In this document: positions 36,487 to 50,065 of the stretch, piece after piece | Position numbering within the stretch: position 1 is the first letter of the stretch | Layout of the letters: each line of letters begins with the position of its first letter | Translations under genes and position numbers: made by a program | Source of the DNA: Paraspadella gotoi | Taxonomy: Eukaryota; Animalia; Chaetognatha | Length of the DNA stretch: 64,000 nucleotides | Reading direction: 5' to 3' | NCBI GenBank assembly: GCA_051294375.1 | Contig: CM119265.1 | Location: 20,054,509 to 20,118,508, forward strand | The notes under the pieces: model-generated | The model's input: only the letters and a program-made list of their open reading frames with translations | The model's database searches: none | What the model was told of the DNA's origin: nothing

Positions 36487-37938
36487 TATACCCCGCACCC
36501 TACCGCCCTCATCAAAACTCCACCAGATGCAGCTTAACCCGGAAACGGGCGACTACGACGAATACTGTTTTTGTTCGACGTCGCTTTGCAACGCCTCTCC
36601 CCCGACGCCGCGCCTCCTTCACGTCGCCGCGGCGTCGGCCGGCGTCGTCGTCGGCCTCCTCCGTTTCCGGCGACGATGAAGAAAAAAAAAAAAAAAACTA
36701 CGGGAAATGAAACTCGGCGTGGGGCGGAAATAAGCGAAAGGGCGGCCGACGAGAGGAAGAGAGTAAGGGTGTTTAGAGAGAAGGGTTGGGAGGGGGATCG
36801 CCGAGGGGGAAATGGAAAGGTGAGTGAAGCGGCCAACGGCGGATGGGAAAACAATTTCATGAGTCGCTTAAAAAAAAAAGTGCTTCGGGCGTAGGAGGTT
36901 CCTAGAAAAACGTGCAGATTGGAAACGGCTAATAAAATCTAGTAACCCCCCCTCTTCAAACATTCCCGCCTTTCGACAACGACGTATTACTATTTAAATT
37001 GTTCGCAAACCGCTCACTCAACCCCCTAGTCATGTTTTGCACCCACTTTCCCCTTTTTCTTTGCACCAAGCGAGCTCTTTAAGGGGGTAGGGATTAAAAT
37101 AATGGCTTGGGGATTTTTTTTTATTGCGAATGAGTTATAGGCACCGAGGAAAAACGGTTATTAGGAGAGGCATTAATAATATTTTAATTATTTTTTAAAA
37201 GAACGGTTTGATACTAAAAGATGTAGAACGTTAACTCGAAAGTTTCTCTCCCCCCAGCTCGGTTTTTTTTTCTCTTTTTTTCGTAATTTCAGTGCTATCG
37301 TTTATAAAAAAAATTAGCTGACTAATTAAACGATTGTAAATAAATTGAATTGATTATTTAAATGTGGATTCTTTAAAAGGCAAGTGAGCTTTCAAAGTAG
37401 GTTACATCTTCAAATTCAGCATATTAAAGAAAAACTTTGGGTTTCTGCGGATTAAAATTACCACCCATTAGTTTTTACCGGGATATTATAACTAAAGATT
37501 TCCCCCTTCATGTTTCACTCCGTCCTTTATTAGAATTCACCAACTACTAATTCGTGGGAAAAGTGTCGTCTCTCTGTGAGCTAAGGTTATTCGGATAACA
37601 TTTAAATGAGGCTTTCTTTATCAATTTGTCTCTTACATGTGATAATTTATTAAATGGCGATTCTTCTTTCGTTCAATTTTTATTTTAATTTTACTACCCG
37701 TAGCTCAGTAATTGTCTAAATAGCTAGTAAATTTTATGTTTCAGATACGCATTTGCCCCTTGTTTACGCAATACGCATCCTGTCTTCTTGCAAAATACAA
37801 AAGAGGTATTTAAGGATAAACGATTTAATGAAGAGGAAAATCAGATTAGGAGCAATGTTAAAACACAAAGCGTCCAGTTCAAAATACATGACACATCGGA
37901 AAAGTGAAAAAGATCATGACAATTCAAATTCAAAGTAT

Positions 37939-40900
37939 TTAGTCTTCGTCGTCGTTTTCTAAGAAATCGTTTTGCCTCTCCTCTTCCCTTTCGTCGGCTT
38001 CTTCGTCATCGTCTTTGGCCAGGTTCTTTCCATCTCCCGCAGAGACTCTGTCGCTGTCGTTTTTGACATCCGCTACATCGGTGACGCTTTTGGCATCTTC
38101 TCCCTCCTGTGGAAAGCGGTAGACTTACTATAAGCGAGTTAAAGTTAATTGAATTAATGCGAAGCAAAAACTTTTTTAAAGATGCCTTCAGAATGGCATA
38201 AAAAATAAACGGCAATATTGTCAACCAGCATAAGTCTATTATCCGAAAGGATTTTGTTTGGTAAGAATAAAAGCGTCATGGTGAAAGAACATTAGTCACT
38301 GAGGTCTGCCATCACAGCTTCTTTCCCAACGTCGAGAATTGCCAGGGTATGACTTATTCAAAGACGACGACGACAACGACGACGACAAAGCCATCGCTGA
38401 GGACTTATGGAGGATTTAGAATAATTGAAAATGGCTTAAGTAGATCGGTTCATTTTGCCCGGATAATTAATAGGAGAATCTATTTTATCCCTCAGTATTA
38501 TTCATTAAAATGCAAAACGCATCAAATTTATCTCCGTTCACAGATTCGTCCTTCTCAAATCAAAGCCAATTCCCCCCAATCTTTTCGTTCGACTCACCCC
38601 CTCCACGAGGTATTTCCTCCATTTGTCCAACCGGGCTTCCCTCTCTTCTTCTGTCTCCTGCACGTCGTATTTCGTCCGGCCGTCCCAGCATTCGGCCGAG
38701 ATTTTCCGGCCTTGGCGCAAACGTCCGTGCAGCGCGGCGATGCAAGCGTCAGAGTGCTCGGCCTCGGCGAAGATCACCGAGATCGCGCCCTCTATGTTAG
38801 TTAAGGGAGAAAGTGGCGGGTGTCGTGGTTTAATAACGTACGAAAATAGGAAATTAAACAATACGTGTCAACCGTCAGAAACTCACCGGGATTCCTGTCG
38901 TGCACCACAACTTTCTTGACGTCCCCGAACTGTGCGCAGTCTGCCTTGACGGCGTCGCGCAAAACGTTGATCTTCGTGGGGTCGACTTCGAAGTCGCTCG
39001 CGTCGAAGACGTTCTTGAGGATGGTCGTCTTCTCCCGCTTGGCTCGTTGGCCACGCCCTTTCTCTAGTCGCCACTCCAGCAACTTCTCTTGTTGGTTCTT
39101 TTTCGCTTTGCGGTTGTTGCGCTTCTTTTTTCGCAGGGCCGGGTTGAATTCTCCCTTCATTTGGAACGTAGCCTGCTCCACTTTCACCGTTTTTCCTGAT
39201 GTGGAAATCGTGGGGGAAGGATTTATTTAGAAGTGAATAAAAAAGCGAGAAAAAATCCGCACGAAAGAATAAAAATTGGAAAATATTCTGCGGTTGAATG
39301 GGCTTAATTTTCCGCGAAGCGCTCGCAACAAAAAAGAGAAAAACATGGAGCGAGAGAAAAGTCCAACGATGCGACGACAAAGAATATTTTGAGTTTACAA
39401 CAATTTCGGACTGAAATGTCTCGAAGGGTTCTAAAAATCTTTAATATTCTGGTTATATGAGTTGTTCAGAGGAACAGACGGCCATCAAAAACTCTCTAAA
39501 TATGAGAGCGTTATAAATTGCCTATAACAGGCTAGATAATGTTTCGGGTAAGCTTCTTTGTGTAATCGACTTTCGAAAGGAAAGAACTAAATAGTAAACT
39601 TTGAATATGGCCACGTGACTTATTTTATCTTAGCTCACAAACATGTTTGAATTTATGAATTAACGAATTTAGATTTTAATCCTCAATTCATTTCTAGTTA
39701 CTTCAATTTAAGTTAAATTTTAAACACGCAAAATTTATGCTAAAAGAAAAAAAAACTGCAATGTTGAAAAAAAGTGCTTTTAAAAATGTACTGCAATATG
39801 CAAATTAGATTTTTCAAATTCCGTACTCAATTTACAAAAAGTAACAATAACTCCTTAACTTGTTTCCTATATTTTTGTCATTATATATTTAAACGCAAAA
39901 GTTGACGTTATAAAGACCTTTGACGCAATTCCGTCTTTTTTACCAAATTCTGTTTTCTTTCGATAGAAACAAAGGAAAAAGAAAGCAATAGCCGCAAAGT
40001 TTTAGTTCTAACCGTTCAAGAGATATCCGTCAAGAATCTGCTCTGCAAGTTGGACGGATTCGTATTTGAGATAACAGCATCGACCGTCGCCTTTGTTGTT
40101 GCCGGATTCGTCGACGTAGAGTTTGATCTTGGGCTGACGGGTCGTCTCGTCGGTCATAATGATTCCCACCTGAAATACAAAAAAAAAAGAATTAATTCGG
40201 GTCTTTTCTTGGAATGCGAATTAATTGCTCTTCCTCGTTAGGTAGATGTGATGGAATAAAAAAAAATGGTAAGCAGAGGTTATATGAAGATTGATGAGGC
40301 GCGAATTTGTTCTTTTTTTCTTTTGCCTTTTTTTTAAATTTTCATTTTGGCTTTCCCCCCCCCAACTAAAACTAATTTTGTTTACAGAAAACAAATATTC
40401 AACTAACATTCAATCGTTGCAGTTCACCTTCGACATGAACTCCTTGAACTCGTCCATCGTGATATCGAGGGGAAGGTTCGAGACGTAAACGTTCGTATTC
40501 TTCTTCGCGTCTGAAACAAAAACAGAAATGATTTGAGTTATGGCGACGGCTGGCCCTGGCGAAGACCCCCCGCCACCCCCAGATTTCCCCCCCTCGATTC
40601 CCACCAACCTCCCCGAATCCCTCCCATACTCACCTTCGATGTCGAACCAGGAGGGCGGTTCCTTCACTGACGGCATCTTCCTCTTCTTTCCCACTTCCGG
40701 TTTTTCTGGCGCGGCCCCCTTAGCGTCGGCGGCGTCAGGGCCGTAGTAGTAATTCCAGTATTTCATGTAATCTTCGTAAGTGTAGGCGGACTCGTCGCTC
40801 TCGTCGTCGTCGTCATCCTCTTCTTCTTCTTCCTCTTCCTCTTTCTCTTCGTCGCCCTCCTTTTTCTCCCTTTGCTCTTTTTCCTTCTTCTTTTTCTTAG

Positions 40901-42298
40901 GGAAATTCACGTCCATCCATTTTTGGTACCAGACGCGATATTCCTCGCTGTTGGGGTCTTCGGGCATCGGGGGTAGATCATCCTTTTCTCTCTCAGAGTC
41001 TTTTTCCGAGTCTTTGTCCGACTCTTTGTCCGTTTCTTTGTCCTTCCGCTGGGAATTGTACCACTGTTGATACTGAGAGTACCACTGCCTTGCGAAGCGA
41101 TAAAAAAAAAAGAAACATGGGGAAAGGGTGATCTTTTGTTCGCCTTGTCAGGTGGCACCTAAATTTTTCTCTCGCTCGGATTTTTTTCCCCCCGAGCGCT
41201 TAGAAAAAGACATGCCAGTGACGTGAGGGGAGGAAAGGAGGAAAGGAGAAAAAAAAAATCACGACGGGAATGACTTCTCAGTCCTCACCTGTAAGCCTCT
41301 GCGTTTCCTTCTTTTTCCTCTTTTTTGTCCTCTTCTTTCGAGGTTTCGACAGTTCCGTAACTCATCTGGTATCTGTTAAAGACAGAAGGGAGATTCATAT
41401 ATCTTATTACATTATTATCCTCGCCCTCCACCCATTTTTTTTTTGTAACCTGAGACCGACCTGGCAATGAAATCCTCGTCTATTTTTGGGAACCAAGCTT
41501 TCTTATTTGGTTCCCATTCGTAAACGGCTCCGTCTTTATCGGCGTACGAAAGTCCGTCCTCGCTGAAAATCCTGGCGATAGAAAAACCTAATTTGTTTTA
41601 CATCCATTTTCTCATAATCTTCAGTATATACGTTTAAAAAATACGTAATGTCACTAAAATGCAAAAAAAGGGGAGGAGTCTGACATAAACATAACAGAAA
41701 ATTCTAGAAATGAAACAAGTGCAAAGTTTATGTCCCGAGAAGTTAATGGGTCGAAAAAAGATAAGCGCCAGGGGAGTAAGGATGCAGAAATAAGCGTCTG
41801 TTGGAGAGGAGGTTAATGCGGAAGGGAATAAAAAGGGAGAGTTGGGGAAAGAGTAGCAGTCAGAGAGCAATATAAGGGATTAGGGAGGAAAGAAAAACCT
41901 TTAAAAAATACATCTAATATTATCAAAAGAAAATCCTTCGTGAAAAATAAAGGTATGAAGAAAAAAAGCAAAAACCACACAACCGAAAACGATTGCGTCG
42001 CTGCATTGGAAAAACTTATTTTTTTAAAAAAAAGCACTTTTTTTTATTTTTGGCAGAACCAAAGTGAGAAAACCAAACCAAACCGTCGCGAATCGATACC
42101 AATTTTTACCACTGAACACGAGGCGTCGTTTGAACAATGAGCAACCCTCACCCAACTAAGCGACCTCACTCACAATGGGGTCCCTCACCTGCCAAACTCG
42201 TCGGCCTCTCGCATATCGTCGGCTTCGGTCTCAGTCTCTTTTCTTTTCTTCTCTTCCTCCTCGAGGCGAATTTGTTCCTCGAACGAAATGTCCGCCAT
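37939..42298 (-). CDS. HTATSF1: HIV Tat-specific factor 1 homolog (U2 snRNP factor; RRM + UHM); exons 42298-42189, 41571-41461, 41372-41289, 41088-40634, 40510-40428, 40169-40013, 39195-38887, 38791-38598, 38106-37939
   Basis: Motifs YEWEPNKKAWFPKIDEDFIARYQMSYG, NTNVYVSNLPLDITMDEF, KIKLY..KGDGRCCYLKYESV, VEQATFQMKGEFNP, C.QFGDVKKVVVHDRNPEG, WDGRTKYDVQET; consistent intron phases. Confidence 0.93.
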
Positions 42299-42608
42299 TT
42301 TGAAAATCCGTCAAATCTATTTGTTATTATCTCTTGTCTTCTATATATCACAGCTTATAATAAATTTAGTTTTGTGTGACGTAGAGAAGGTAACTAAAAA
42401 ATATAAATTGGCACGTAGTTGGACGTCAATCCAGATTAAGATTCGAAGATGTTACATGAAATTAAACTATAGCAACAAAACGGTTTTAAAAAATGGAGCA
42501 GGGAAAGGGCGGGGCGAAATCAGGGAAACAAAATGACGGCGCGGGCGAAAGAGAAGAATCGAGTTTAATAAATCTGCCCTCGCTGGGACTTGGCAACAAC
42601 AATAAATC

Positions 42609-45600
42609 TTAGGAAATATCGAGATTGAGACTCTTGACAGAGTCGACCAGCTCTTGTACGGAGCGACCCTGATCCGTCAAAAGACCCTTGATCGAGTTCT
42701 TCTGCGATGAGGAGATAGACGCCGCTGCCTCGGCGTCTTTAACGCCGACGCTCTTTAACAGATTTCGCCGCTGCTCCAGCTGATAACGCCGCTTAATCTT
42801 CGCCTGTTCCACGTTGCCTGTTTAATGGGGACATTGGGGAGGGAGGGGAGGAGGAGGAGGAGATATATATCAACAGTGACGAAATGTAAAATTTAAAAAA
42901 AAAAGACTGATCCAGGGTGTCAAGGGACAGGAGGGGGGGCAGTCGCGGGGGAAAAAAAGAGTTAAGCGAGTGGGTGATATAAGTAGGAATATAACGAAAA
43001 CGGCCATAAATCATTTTCTTTGAGCTGAATAAAAAAGAGAAAAAAATCACGATTTATTTCCCTTCAGACAAACAAGAACGGTAATTCAAATGTGTTGCGC
43101 CGCAGTGACTTTCTTTTCAGTATTTATTGTATTTACTGTATTTATGCATCTGAATTTTGTCTTTTATTCTTTAAAGTTTAAGGATTTCCTGAAGGCGGCG
43201 CTATCAGTCACTTAGATTTCAGGTTTTTTCCTGTCTTTACAAATGAGAAATCAACAATAAGCTAATTATATGCATTTTTAACATAAGTGGGACCGACCGA
43301 CGGACAAACATACCGACCGACCGACCGACGAGTTGCTCCGCGAGTACTCGCGGAGAAACTAAAAAAGCGATTAAATGGCGAAAAGAGAGATCCCTCATAT
43401 TTCAATTTTAAAACACTTATGAACAAAAAAAGTGAAGTGAAATATTTTACATAGTCGACGTAATGCATATCCCTGTTCGATTCAGGGACGCAAAAGAAAA
43501 ATCGTCTCATTTTCAAGTTTCAAGGCGCGTGGCTAAATTGGATACTATGGCCGCACGACTTAAAGCTGTCCGTCCTCAGCCTCGTCTTAATGTCTGAGCA
43601 GGTTAAATCATCTCGTTTCAATCGAGCGTCCCGGGTTCAAACCCTGGGTATCCCGGTTCTGGCTTAAATGTGACGGAGCCGGTCTAAACATGCCAGTGAC
43701 AGGAGGCGGTCACTGAGGGTCCGCAGCCACTACCCCAGTTGGTGAGATACCCCGCGCCCCGGTTATCACAGGAAATCCTCCCGTTGCCATAATACTACAT
43801 AAAATCTCTGCCAAATTACACACCCGTCACCAATCTCGCCCAGTCTTCCTTCAACTCACCTTTCAGCACGTTGATCCTCTGCTCAATTCCGACGAGTTCC
43901 GTCCGCATTTCTGTCTCGGCGGCGCTGAGGACCGGAGATCGCGACTCCAATTTTTTCATCACGGCCTCCAAGCGACGCGTCAAGTCCTCCTGAAAGACCG
44001 AAGCTTAACAATTAATCATTTATTTCTAGTCATTTAACGTATAAAAATCAAACCTGAGTTTCTTGGGCCGTGTTTAATTTATCGGCGAGACGTTCTAGTC
44101 CTTCTCGCAGATCGATATTCGTCTTTGTTTCAAGTTGATCCAACTGTCAGAAGTGAAAGTAGTAATGCATTTTAAAATTATCTCTTTGCTCTTAAAAATC
44201 TCTTTTTTATCGTTATAAATTTTTAAAAGAAGGGCTCTCAAAGCAATTTCCTTTTCATGATGAGATTTTGATTTCATTTCATTAAATCACCACGCATCTT
44301 TTTCTCTCCTTCTCAGGAAAGCGGAGAAACGACAGAAACGTGTTTTGCTCAAGATGCGAGTCGAATCTTTCAACAATTTCTTGCTTTGCTTCGAAGTTCA
44401 TCTCACAACAATTCTAAGTTCTAAAGACATCTATGTTTAAAGTATATATTTTTTATTAAGTACTAAAAGATCATTCTAAATCATCTCTCTCCCAATCCAT
44501 CCTAAATTTCTCGATCTTGTTCCACACACCTGGTTCCATTGATTAGCCTTGGACTCACACAAGAGGCCCATACGTCTCTTCAACTCTTCCCGCGCCTGAA
44601 CCTGGCGCAGAAGGTATTCGTCTCGCAGGCCTTGCGTTGCGCGGATAAGGATCTGGTGGCAGGGGATGGAGGGATTTGCGGAAAGAAAAGTTAGGAGTCA
44701 AATTCTCAGAATAAATCAAGGGCGGAGAGTAAAAGATAATAAGCAATTATATTTTCCTACAAAACGGAGAAAACCTTAAAGCATAAAATCATTCCATTGG
44801 CGTCCCACATCCGCCAAAACAAACCTGAAGGCAATGCTGCTCGCTAATCGGCTCGTCGCCGCCCCCAGCTTTTAAAATAGGATTCGAAACCGCCCTTCGT
44901 GCGAGAATTGATTGCAGGTGTTTGTCTATGGGTTCCGCTTCGAGCTTCTTGAGCGGCGACGCCGAGGTGGGGACGGTGGGGGCGAGCGAGAGGAGATCTG
45001 AATGAGCGAAAAAAAAGGAAAGAAAAACGGAAATGGAGAAAAATAAAAATAAATGAAAACGGGGACGGGTGATTCATTTTATTTCCTCCCAAGAACAAAA
45101 TCTCTCTGAAATTCCCTCCTTTTTCTTTCCACGCACTTGTGCGCTCATCAGACCGGAAAGAGAAACTGACCGAAGAGAAATTCCATTAAAAAACGTCACG
45201 CCTAACCGGATGTGACCATCTCAATTCTTAAAACTGATTCAGCTCTGCCAAAGTTCCCGTTTACAAGAGAAATCGTTTCGCCTTAACTTATATCTTACTT
45301 ATTTCCCTCACCCCCCCCCAATTGCCCATTCACCTTTGGGAATGGACTGAAGGGTGGGATTAAGCGGAACGGTGAGCAAAGAGTCGTCGTGACACAAGCA
45401 GATTATGGTTGGGATTCCCAAGAGGGGACCGCGGGTGACCCCTACTCCTCGGAGTGGGCCGGGAGGGACGGAGGCGTGTGGCTGGGTGCAAACTAAGTGC
45501 TCCACGACTGCTGGGTCCCCTGGAGGGAAAGCAAGATCAAAAGATTAACTCTAATTCTTTTTTATCTCCAATTTATCTTTCGCACCCGCGATTTCTTGAT

Positions 45601-48600
45601 CGTCCGCGACGAGATCAAAGAACGATTCAACATTTCCCGCCCATGGCAACGAGACAGCATGAAGCCCGGCTTGATGACAGCAATAATACCTAAACGATGA
45701 AAGAATATTGAAAATAAAAGTAATTTAGCTATACCAATAAACGCTTACCTGTCGTTAGTGTTGGGGTCTTTTACGAGATTGATGAGACATGAAATGGAAT
45801 CTGGGTCTTCTTCGGGCATCGGAGCATTGAAGGAGAGTTCGAGCTCCACCGCCTCGTAGACGAAAAGCGAGGGAGGCGAATGACGGTGATCAGCAGAAGA
45901 CGAAAGAGTTTCCGCTTCGTTTGCTGAACGGGTAAATTGATTATCCCAGTTGACATTATGTAGTTAATATAGTTAATTTTAACTCTCAGCATTGGGCAAT
46001 GGGCATTGATGGGCATTAATGGTTGCGAATCGCTTGAATCTTCTTTTTGGGAGCAGAGGCCAGATTATCACTTGCTGGTTCTTAAATCTTGGACCGAAAA
46101 AAAAAATTTACTTCTTGATTACCGAGAGGGATGGAGTGGTACAATCGGCCATTTCGCGTGCACGTAACCAAAATGGGGGGCGTCGAGTCCAAGCAAAGAA
46201 TGGCGCACGCGTCAACACCGTAATTGTCATCCGCAGGAGGGAGCATCTTTAATGGACCATCCATTCGGGCGGTAAACTGGGAAGATGCATGGTCAGACCC
46301 TACGGTTAAAAAAAAAATTAAAAAGTTACTTCATTAATAGAAAGGAAAATGGAATGAGCTCGGAAAATCTAAATGTTAAACGTGTCGGGGATTGCGTTTG
46401 TCTTTAATTAAAAAATAAAGAAAGGTTAACGAAAAAAAAAGATGGTGATGTGGCGAATCCTAAATTCGCCTCCCGTATAGCTTTGGTGAACTCAGCTCGT
46501 CCCATTGGCTTGGACAGTAAGGCGTAGTAAATTTCTAAATTTAACTTTAATTAAAATTCTAAAAGTGAGGAACAAAACAACATTATATTAATGAACATTT
46601 ATGTATAAAAAAATTTATAATAAATTTTACAATTTACGCAGTAGGCCATATTTATACTAGTACTAATCCAATAAATGTTAAAATTTCAAAACAGTTTTTT
46701 CTAAGATTATTTTGCAGATTTGATTCGTCATAAAAAGTTGATAAAAAGAAATATAACTCTTTTTAAAAAATTCCTTCATTAAGTGGGTCAAAAATTAGAA
46801 AAAGCTATATTTTAAGCTGAAAATTAACTTTTTATATATTAAATATAGTTTTTGTAATTTTTAACCCACTTAATGAAAGAATTTTTAAAAATAATTTATA
46901 TTTTCTTATATCAACTTTTGACGAGGAATTCAAATCTGCAATCAAAATTAAGAAAAGCCTATTTTGAAATTTTTCGATTTTATAAGGATAATACTATATA
47001 TATAAATATAGCCTACTGCGAAAATTAAAAAACATAAAATTAATTTTTTTTACAAATTAATGTTCACTGATGGTATGTTGTTCATAATTGACCTTTTTAG
47101 AATTTTCGTACGTAACTTTCACTACGCCTTATTGGACAGCTAAGCACTCGTTCACCAATCGTGAGTTCCGGGTTCAATCCCCTCACGGTCACGGTGGTTA
47201 AGATGTGATGGTGTTGGCATAAACACGCCAATGACATGGGGTGGTTCACTGCAGGTCCAAAGCCCTGAGCGCCAGCTGTCGGGAGATGCCCCTCCAGTCA
47301 TCACACAGGTCCCCCGTCGCTTAAGGGTATGCAAATTATGCATCCCACGCCTATGCCCTACTTCTCGCTCGCTCTTTAACAGTGGCAATGAGTGTCTATT
47401 CTCAAGAGAGCATGCTCTGGGCTTGAGGACCCCAGTGTGCTGTCTTGGGGGGGGGGCATGTGTGGCAAATCTTAAATGCGCCAGTGACATGGGGTGGTAA
47501 CAACAGGTCCAAAGCCCTGAGCGCCAGCTGTCGAGAGATGCCTCACACCCCAGGCATACCACATGGTCCCCGCCAGTTGGCCATAGTGGCAAGTATTTGA
47601 AATAACGAATCACATAAAATTGAAGGAACAAGCTCATCTTTCACGCGTCCTTTGTATCTTCGCATTTCCTAGAGAAATATCGAAAATCGTTTCAGGGATT
47701 GGGGTGGATAAAGGTATATACTATATAGGGGCCCCGGAACGATATTCTCCGTCGCGACCCGAATTATCTTAACCTTCACAAGTTCACAGTAATCCGAACA
47801 CAACAAAAACAGAAAAAAACACACACACACAAAAAAACCAAAAAAAAACAATCCGATAAGAAACACGGTTATAAAAGGTTTCGATAAAAAAATATATATA
47901 TATCTACGGATAATAAATAATAAGGATAAAAGAAGGAAAAGTGTGTTGCGTGTGTTGCGCCACATGAGAAGAGATCATTAAGACATCATGTTACTATAAA
48001 AGTTATACTTACATATATTATACGGCTTGGGACACGATTTATAGTATTAAATGCATTAACTTTTATATGATACTAATTACTAAAGCAATAATATAATTGT
48101 AGAGTACGAATACAAATATAAAACATATGTACAAGAAACTTTTCGAATACCAATATGCCAAATATTAACCGAAACCCGAATTATACTTATACGTATAAGT
48201 GGGATTAAACATCAGACTAGATGATTAATCGAGCGACCAAATGAACCAAAAAAAGTAGCCAACACAATTTCCCATATTCTTCCCCCACCCTCCGACCCAT
48301 TAAAGCTAACCGGATAACAGGCGAAAAACGTCTCCGTTGTCCTTGAGGACGAAAATCGGCCAGACGACTTTTGATTCGGAATACGCATCGTCTTTTTCTT
48401 CTTCCTTGGCGCTCTCTTCCACCATTTCTCTTCCCTCCGATTCCTCCTCCATCTCCTCTCCGATGACGGGCGGTCCAAAGTCAAAGTCCACGGCGACGTC
48501 TCCTAGCGCTGCGGCGGCGCTGAGACGTGAGGCATCGGCCGAGACGTCATGGCCCGACGCAGCGTCGCCGAGGACAAAGAGTTGGGCGGGGCCGACCTCG

Positions 48601-49257
48601 GTATCGCCGACATCGAAGACTCGGAGCAGATTGTCGGAGGAGAGGACGACCACGGAATCGTCCCGAGGGTGCCACTTGACGCGGATGACATCGACGCCCC
48701 CCTCACCTGCGAATACGGCGCCGCCCAGCCGACTCGCGACGCAGAGACAGACGTCGGCGCCAGCGTCGAAGTCGGCGTGGCGCCCGAATCGTTTAGGGAG
48801 GCGAAGGACGGCAAGGTCGTTAAGGCCTGCGAGGAAGAGATGACGGCCGGATGAAGAAAGCTGAAATTGAAAAGAACGAGATGAGTAAGGAATTCAGATA
48901 ATTAGTGAAATTTACTGATAATTTAAAAGCAAGTAAAGTTGCTGTTTTCATGACAAAGAAAACGCGGAAAAAATCATCGCAGTCCTCTTTGCTCACTTCC
49001 AAAGCGACGACTTGGAAGTCGATTTCATCGTCGGGTTTCAAAACTTGCTGCACTTTTTGAGCCTCGGTGACAGTTCCAGCGGCAAGACTCTTCAAGTTTA
49101 TCGTCAGCACATCCTTCGATTCCCAACGCCAAAGAAAGAGCTGATCAGTGTCGACAGCTACGACGGATGTCGATTTTTTTAATATCGTTGTCGTTGTCGT
49201 TTTCAAAGCAGTCGCGATCAAATCAGACAGCGCTTCTCGCCAATGAGGCGCCATCAT
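42609..49257 (-). CDS. NUP88: Nuclear pore complex protein Nup88 (multi-exon; e.g. 49257-48997, 48860-48311, ~46280-46123, ..., ~42818-42609)
   Basis: Motifs VKWHP, LSSDNLLRVF, AVDFDFGPP, WPIFVLKDNGDVF, GPLKMLPPADDNYGVDACAILCL...GRLYH, then C-terminal coiled-coil exons. Some internal exon boundaries are approximate. Confidence 0.9.
43263..43366. mobile_element. Probable Helentron-associated (HINE/DINE-like) element end in a NUP88 intron
   Basis: (CCGA)n microsatellite, then perfect palindrome CTCCGCGAGTACTCGCGGAG (43336-55) and an A-run. A similar CCGA tract is at ~30370-30395. Confidence 0.4.
43546..43791 (+). mobile_element. Solo LTR of a related tRNA-containing TRIM family
   Basis: TATGGC...GCCATA flanked by TSD ATAC/ATAC. 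tRNA-like TGTCTGAGCAGGTTAA ... CCGGGTTCAAACCCTGG. The 3' half (GCCAGTGAC.GGAGGCG.TCACTGAGGGTC...GTGAGAT...ATCACAGG...GTTGCCATA) is homologous to the 35064 LTR. Confidence 0.85.
46449..47585 (+). mobile_element. Older TRIM of the same clan (5' LTR interrupted by a MITE; internally deleted 3' LTR 47461-47585) in a NUP88 intron
   Basis: Starts TGTGGCGAAT..ATTCGCC and ends GGCCATA, with TSD GTGA/GTGG. B box GGTTCAATCCC. Internal CGCCTATGCCC and GGCTTGAGGA..TGTCTTGG are shared with the 35064 element. G-run PPT before the second TGTGGC. Confidence 0.82.
46518..47131. mobile_element. Foldback MITE with 8-bp TSD (hAT-type)
   Basis: TIR TAAGGCGTAGT...ACTACGCCTTA and TSD TTGGACAG (46510-17 / 47132-39). 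The whole 614 bp is an imperfect palindrome centred near 46825. Confidence 0.92.
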
Positions 49258-50065
49258 TCAGTACGCTAGGTTTAATTCTTAGATGAAAATAACGACATTA
49301 AAGCGTCATACTAATAACTATATAAACGAAAAAGGAATGAGTAAAAAAATTTAAATTACGAGTTAGGAGACTGTGAAGCCGATGAACTGGACCCACGTGA
49401 AATACAAGCGTTCGGGTTCGGTAGGTGATACGTAGGTCGAAAAGCAATCGTTTAAATGAACAATTAAGACTGCGAGTATTTTTTTTTTCATTACAAGGGG
49501 TAAAGGATAAGGATTGCTGAGCCAACGTCAAAGTCCGAGTAAATAAGGATACTTGTAAGTGATTGTACTCGTACAAAAGATTATTTTGGTCCCGATCGCG
49601 TGGGACGTTTAAGGCGACCTAATAAACATTAACACCAAACAATAGAAAAAAACATTCAAAACGAACCCATTTCCCCCACAAGTCAAAGGACTTTCCCTTT
49701 GACTGGAAGATATGGAGAAGGGTGCGAGAACGGGTCGCTCGTAATTCTCAAATAATAATAATAGATATCAGTTCCTAAAGCAGTTTATAATCGACTAGAT
49801 CGAATGCTATCGAAGTTGAAAGGAAAAAAAGCACGCTTTTCGTTTTGTTCGTTCTGAACTGTTGAGGTTAAGTTTTTTGAAAGAATAAAAAGCATCGAAT
49901 GTGAAACGGATGTTCCGGTGAGGAGGCTGGCAACGGGAATCGCGAGGAAAGATGCGAGAGTCAGAATCAGAAAATGAGATCAAATCAAGGGGTTTTTTAA
50001 AAAAATTTTGTCCGCCGCTCTGACTCTCTTTTAAATTATCCTACATTATCCTTCATTATCCAGCG

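Noticed and set aside
36474-36894. GC-rich overlapping ORFs on both strands
   Set aside because: No recognisable motif or convincing splice structure; may be a UTR or promoter island but cannot be supported.
43590-43650. tRNA gene or tRNA-SINE (also 47140-47185, 54538-54595)
   Set aside because: A/B boxes lie inside TSD-bounded LTR-like units with no complete cloverleaf and no SINE tail; treated as TRIM LTRs.
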